Assembly: GCF_016433145.1 (NCBI RefSeq)
Contig: NC_058132.1
Coordinates: forward strand, 307,109,079-307,173,078
Length of the DNA: 64,000 bases
DNA from: Gracilinanus agilis
Lineage: Eukaryota
Reading direction: 5' to 3'
Under the pieces are notes generated by a model. The model searched no databases. It was given only the letters and a program-made list of their open reading frames with translations, and had not been told where the DNA came from. Below, one piece after another: positions 62,150 through 64,000 of the stretch; position 1 is the stretch's first letter, and every line of letters begins with the position of its first letter. The translations under genes and the position numbers were made by a program.

Positions 62150-64000
62150 AATATAATTATACAAAGAGATCCAAACTATCAGCAGACAAGATAACTCAGT
62201 CTCAGAAAGGAAATAGAATTAGATTTAAAGGAACTACCAAAAGAAAAATCTCCTAGTCTTGATGGGCAATCATATCAAATTAAAAAATAATTAGAGCCCA
62301 TGCTTCATAAATTATTCTCAAAAATTGTGAAAGAAAGCATCCTACCAAAATCCTTCTATGAGACAAATAAAGTCCTAAAGCCTAAAGATGAGAAAAAATA
62401 AAACAGAGGACAATAACATTAATGAACTTGACCTCAAAATGATTCTGCAAAATCCTATCAAATAGACTATAAATATTCGTTCAAGAAATTATTTTTTTCA
62501 TTGTCAGCAATGAAATTCATGCCACACAGGCAGAAATGGTTCAACTGTAGAAAAATAATTAATTCAATTAATTAAATTAAAAAGCAAAATATTCCAAACC
62601 ACATGATCATCTTACTAGATACATAAAAAGATCTTTGATAAAGAATAATATTCTTTTATGCCAAAACTCCCTACAAAAGTACATGGATAAAGGAACCTTT
62701 TTAATATCATAAAAAGTATCGATCTAAAATCAAAAGTAAGCATTTTATGTCAAGGGGACATACCAGAACTTTAAAAAATCAATACAGGAGTGAAGCAAAG
62801 ATGCCTACTCTCCCCATTATACTTTGGTGTAGTTCTAGAAATACTAGCAACAGCAATAAGACAAGAGAAAGAAAAAAAAAGCATAAAGATAGGTATAGAG
62901 GAGATAATACTATCTCTATTACTAATGATTTGAGGGAATAGTTGGAAAATCCCAGGGAATTAGTGGTTATTAATGGAGACAATAATTTCAACAAAGTTGT
63001 AGACTTCAAAATAAATCTTCAAAAATCAACATTTCTCTTGTAATAATAACAACAACACAAAAAGCAATGATAGAAAGAGAATTCCAATTCCAAATAACTA
63101 CAAAAGCAAAACTATTTGGGGATTGACCTACAAAAGCACACAACAGATTGGTATTGATTCAGTTATAAAGAACTCCTTAAGAAAATACAGAACAACTTAA
63201 ATAATTGGAGGATCTATGGCTAGGTCATGTCAATATAATAAAAATGGCACTACCGAAATTCATTTACCTTTTTGTAATTCTATACCAATCGAATTACTAT
63301 ATTTTTAAGCAGCAGGCATCAAACCCTCCTGGAAATGGTTTAAAAAAATAGATCAATGGAACAGACTAGCCAATAGATTATCAGAAACAATAGAACTCTA
63401 CAACCCAGACTTAGATCAACATCTTTACATAATATTCCACAATATATTCTAAATGGATACACAATTTTAATATTAAAGATCATACTTTTAAAAGTTAAAT
63501 TTTAAATTGAAAATTAAAAGAGAAACAGATTGTATATCTCTTACAAGGTTGGATAAAAGATATATTCTTAAGCAAATAAGAAATAGAAGCAAATACAAAA
63601 GGTAAAATAGATAACTTTGACTACATGAAACTGAAAAGCTACATAGGCAAAATCAACCCTTAACTAGGTTGTCTTAACCTAGGATAAAAAGAGAAGTGAT
63701 CAAATGAGGAAAAAAGAAAACCAGTGTTTAAAATTTCTCTAATAAAGCTTTGGTATGTAAGACAAATAAGCACATATTATAAATACGTGTATATGTGCAT
63801 ATGTGTGCATACATGTGCATATGAACTATATGTGTATAATAGATACTCATTTTATAATATATAAGTGATCAAAGGATATGATCAAACAGTTCCAAAAGGA
63901 GAGAATAACAAAATATTCATAGCCACATGAAAGAATATTCCAAATCACTAATAATCAAAGAAATGCAAATCAAAATAACCCTAAGATTTCATTTCCCACC
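62150..64000 (+). mobile_element. Decayed L1 ORF2 (RT to C-terminus), running off the window
   Basis: KSPSLDG, PMLHKLFSKI..ILPKSFYET and later ORF2 motifs; many stops and deletions. Confidence 0.85.

Noticed and set aside
1-64000. CRISPR array, rRNA, prokaryotic operons or endogenous non-retroviral virus
   Set aside because: No repeat-spacer periodicity, rRNA motifs or viral ORF remnants were seen. This is mammalian DNA, although a heavily decayed viral element could escape manual reading.

Overview
Repeat-dense marsupial genomic DNA, most likely a didelphid opossum (Monodelphis-like). This inference rests on many ~200-bp tRNA-headed SINEs of the SINE1_Mdo type, together with MAR1/MIR, RTE, L1, L2, CR1/L3, LTR-like and hAT elements. 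I recognise no intact protein-coding gene, RNA gene or CRISPR array; the longer ORFs in the track are chance ORFs or L1/RTE remnants. The window is mostly a layered transposon record, with several clean target-site duplications (TSDs) and nested insertions. One transposon-poor island (~21.9-29.5 kb, split by an LTR-like insertion) looks regulatory. It holds a strong CTCF motif, a PBX-HOX+MEIS composite, a small CpG patch with a CArG box, TEAD and HOX13 motifs, a four-fold CCAGATG E-box cluster and good splice signals. LINEs are strongly biased to the + strand, which suggests the window lies in an intron of a large gene on the - strand. Family names come from my memory of consensus sequences and are unverified. 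Boundaries without a TSD are approximate. I found no compelling new biological system; the best leads are the regulatory island with its candidate spliced transcript and a few unusual mobile-element structures.
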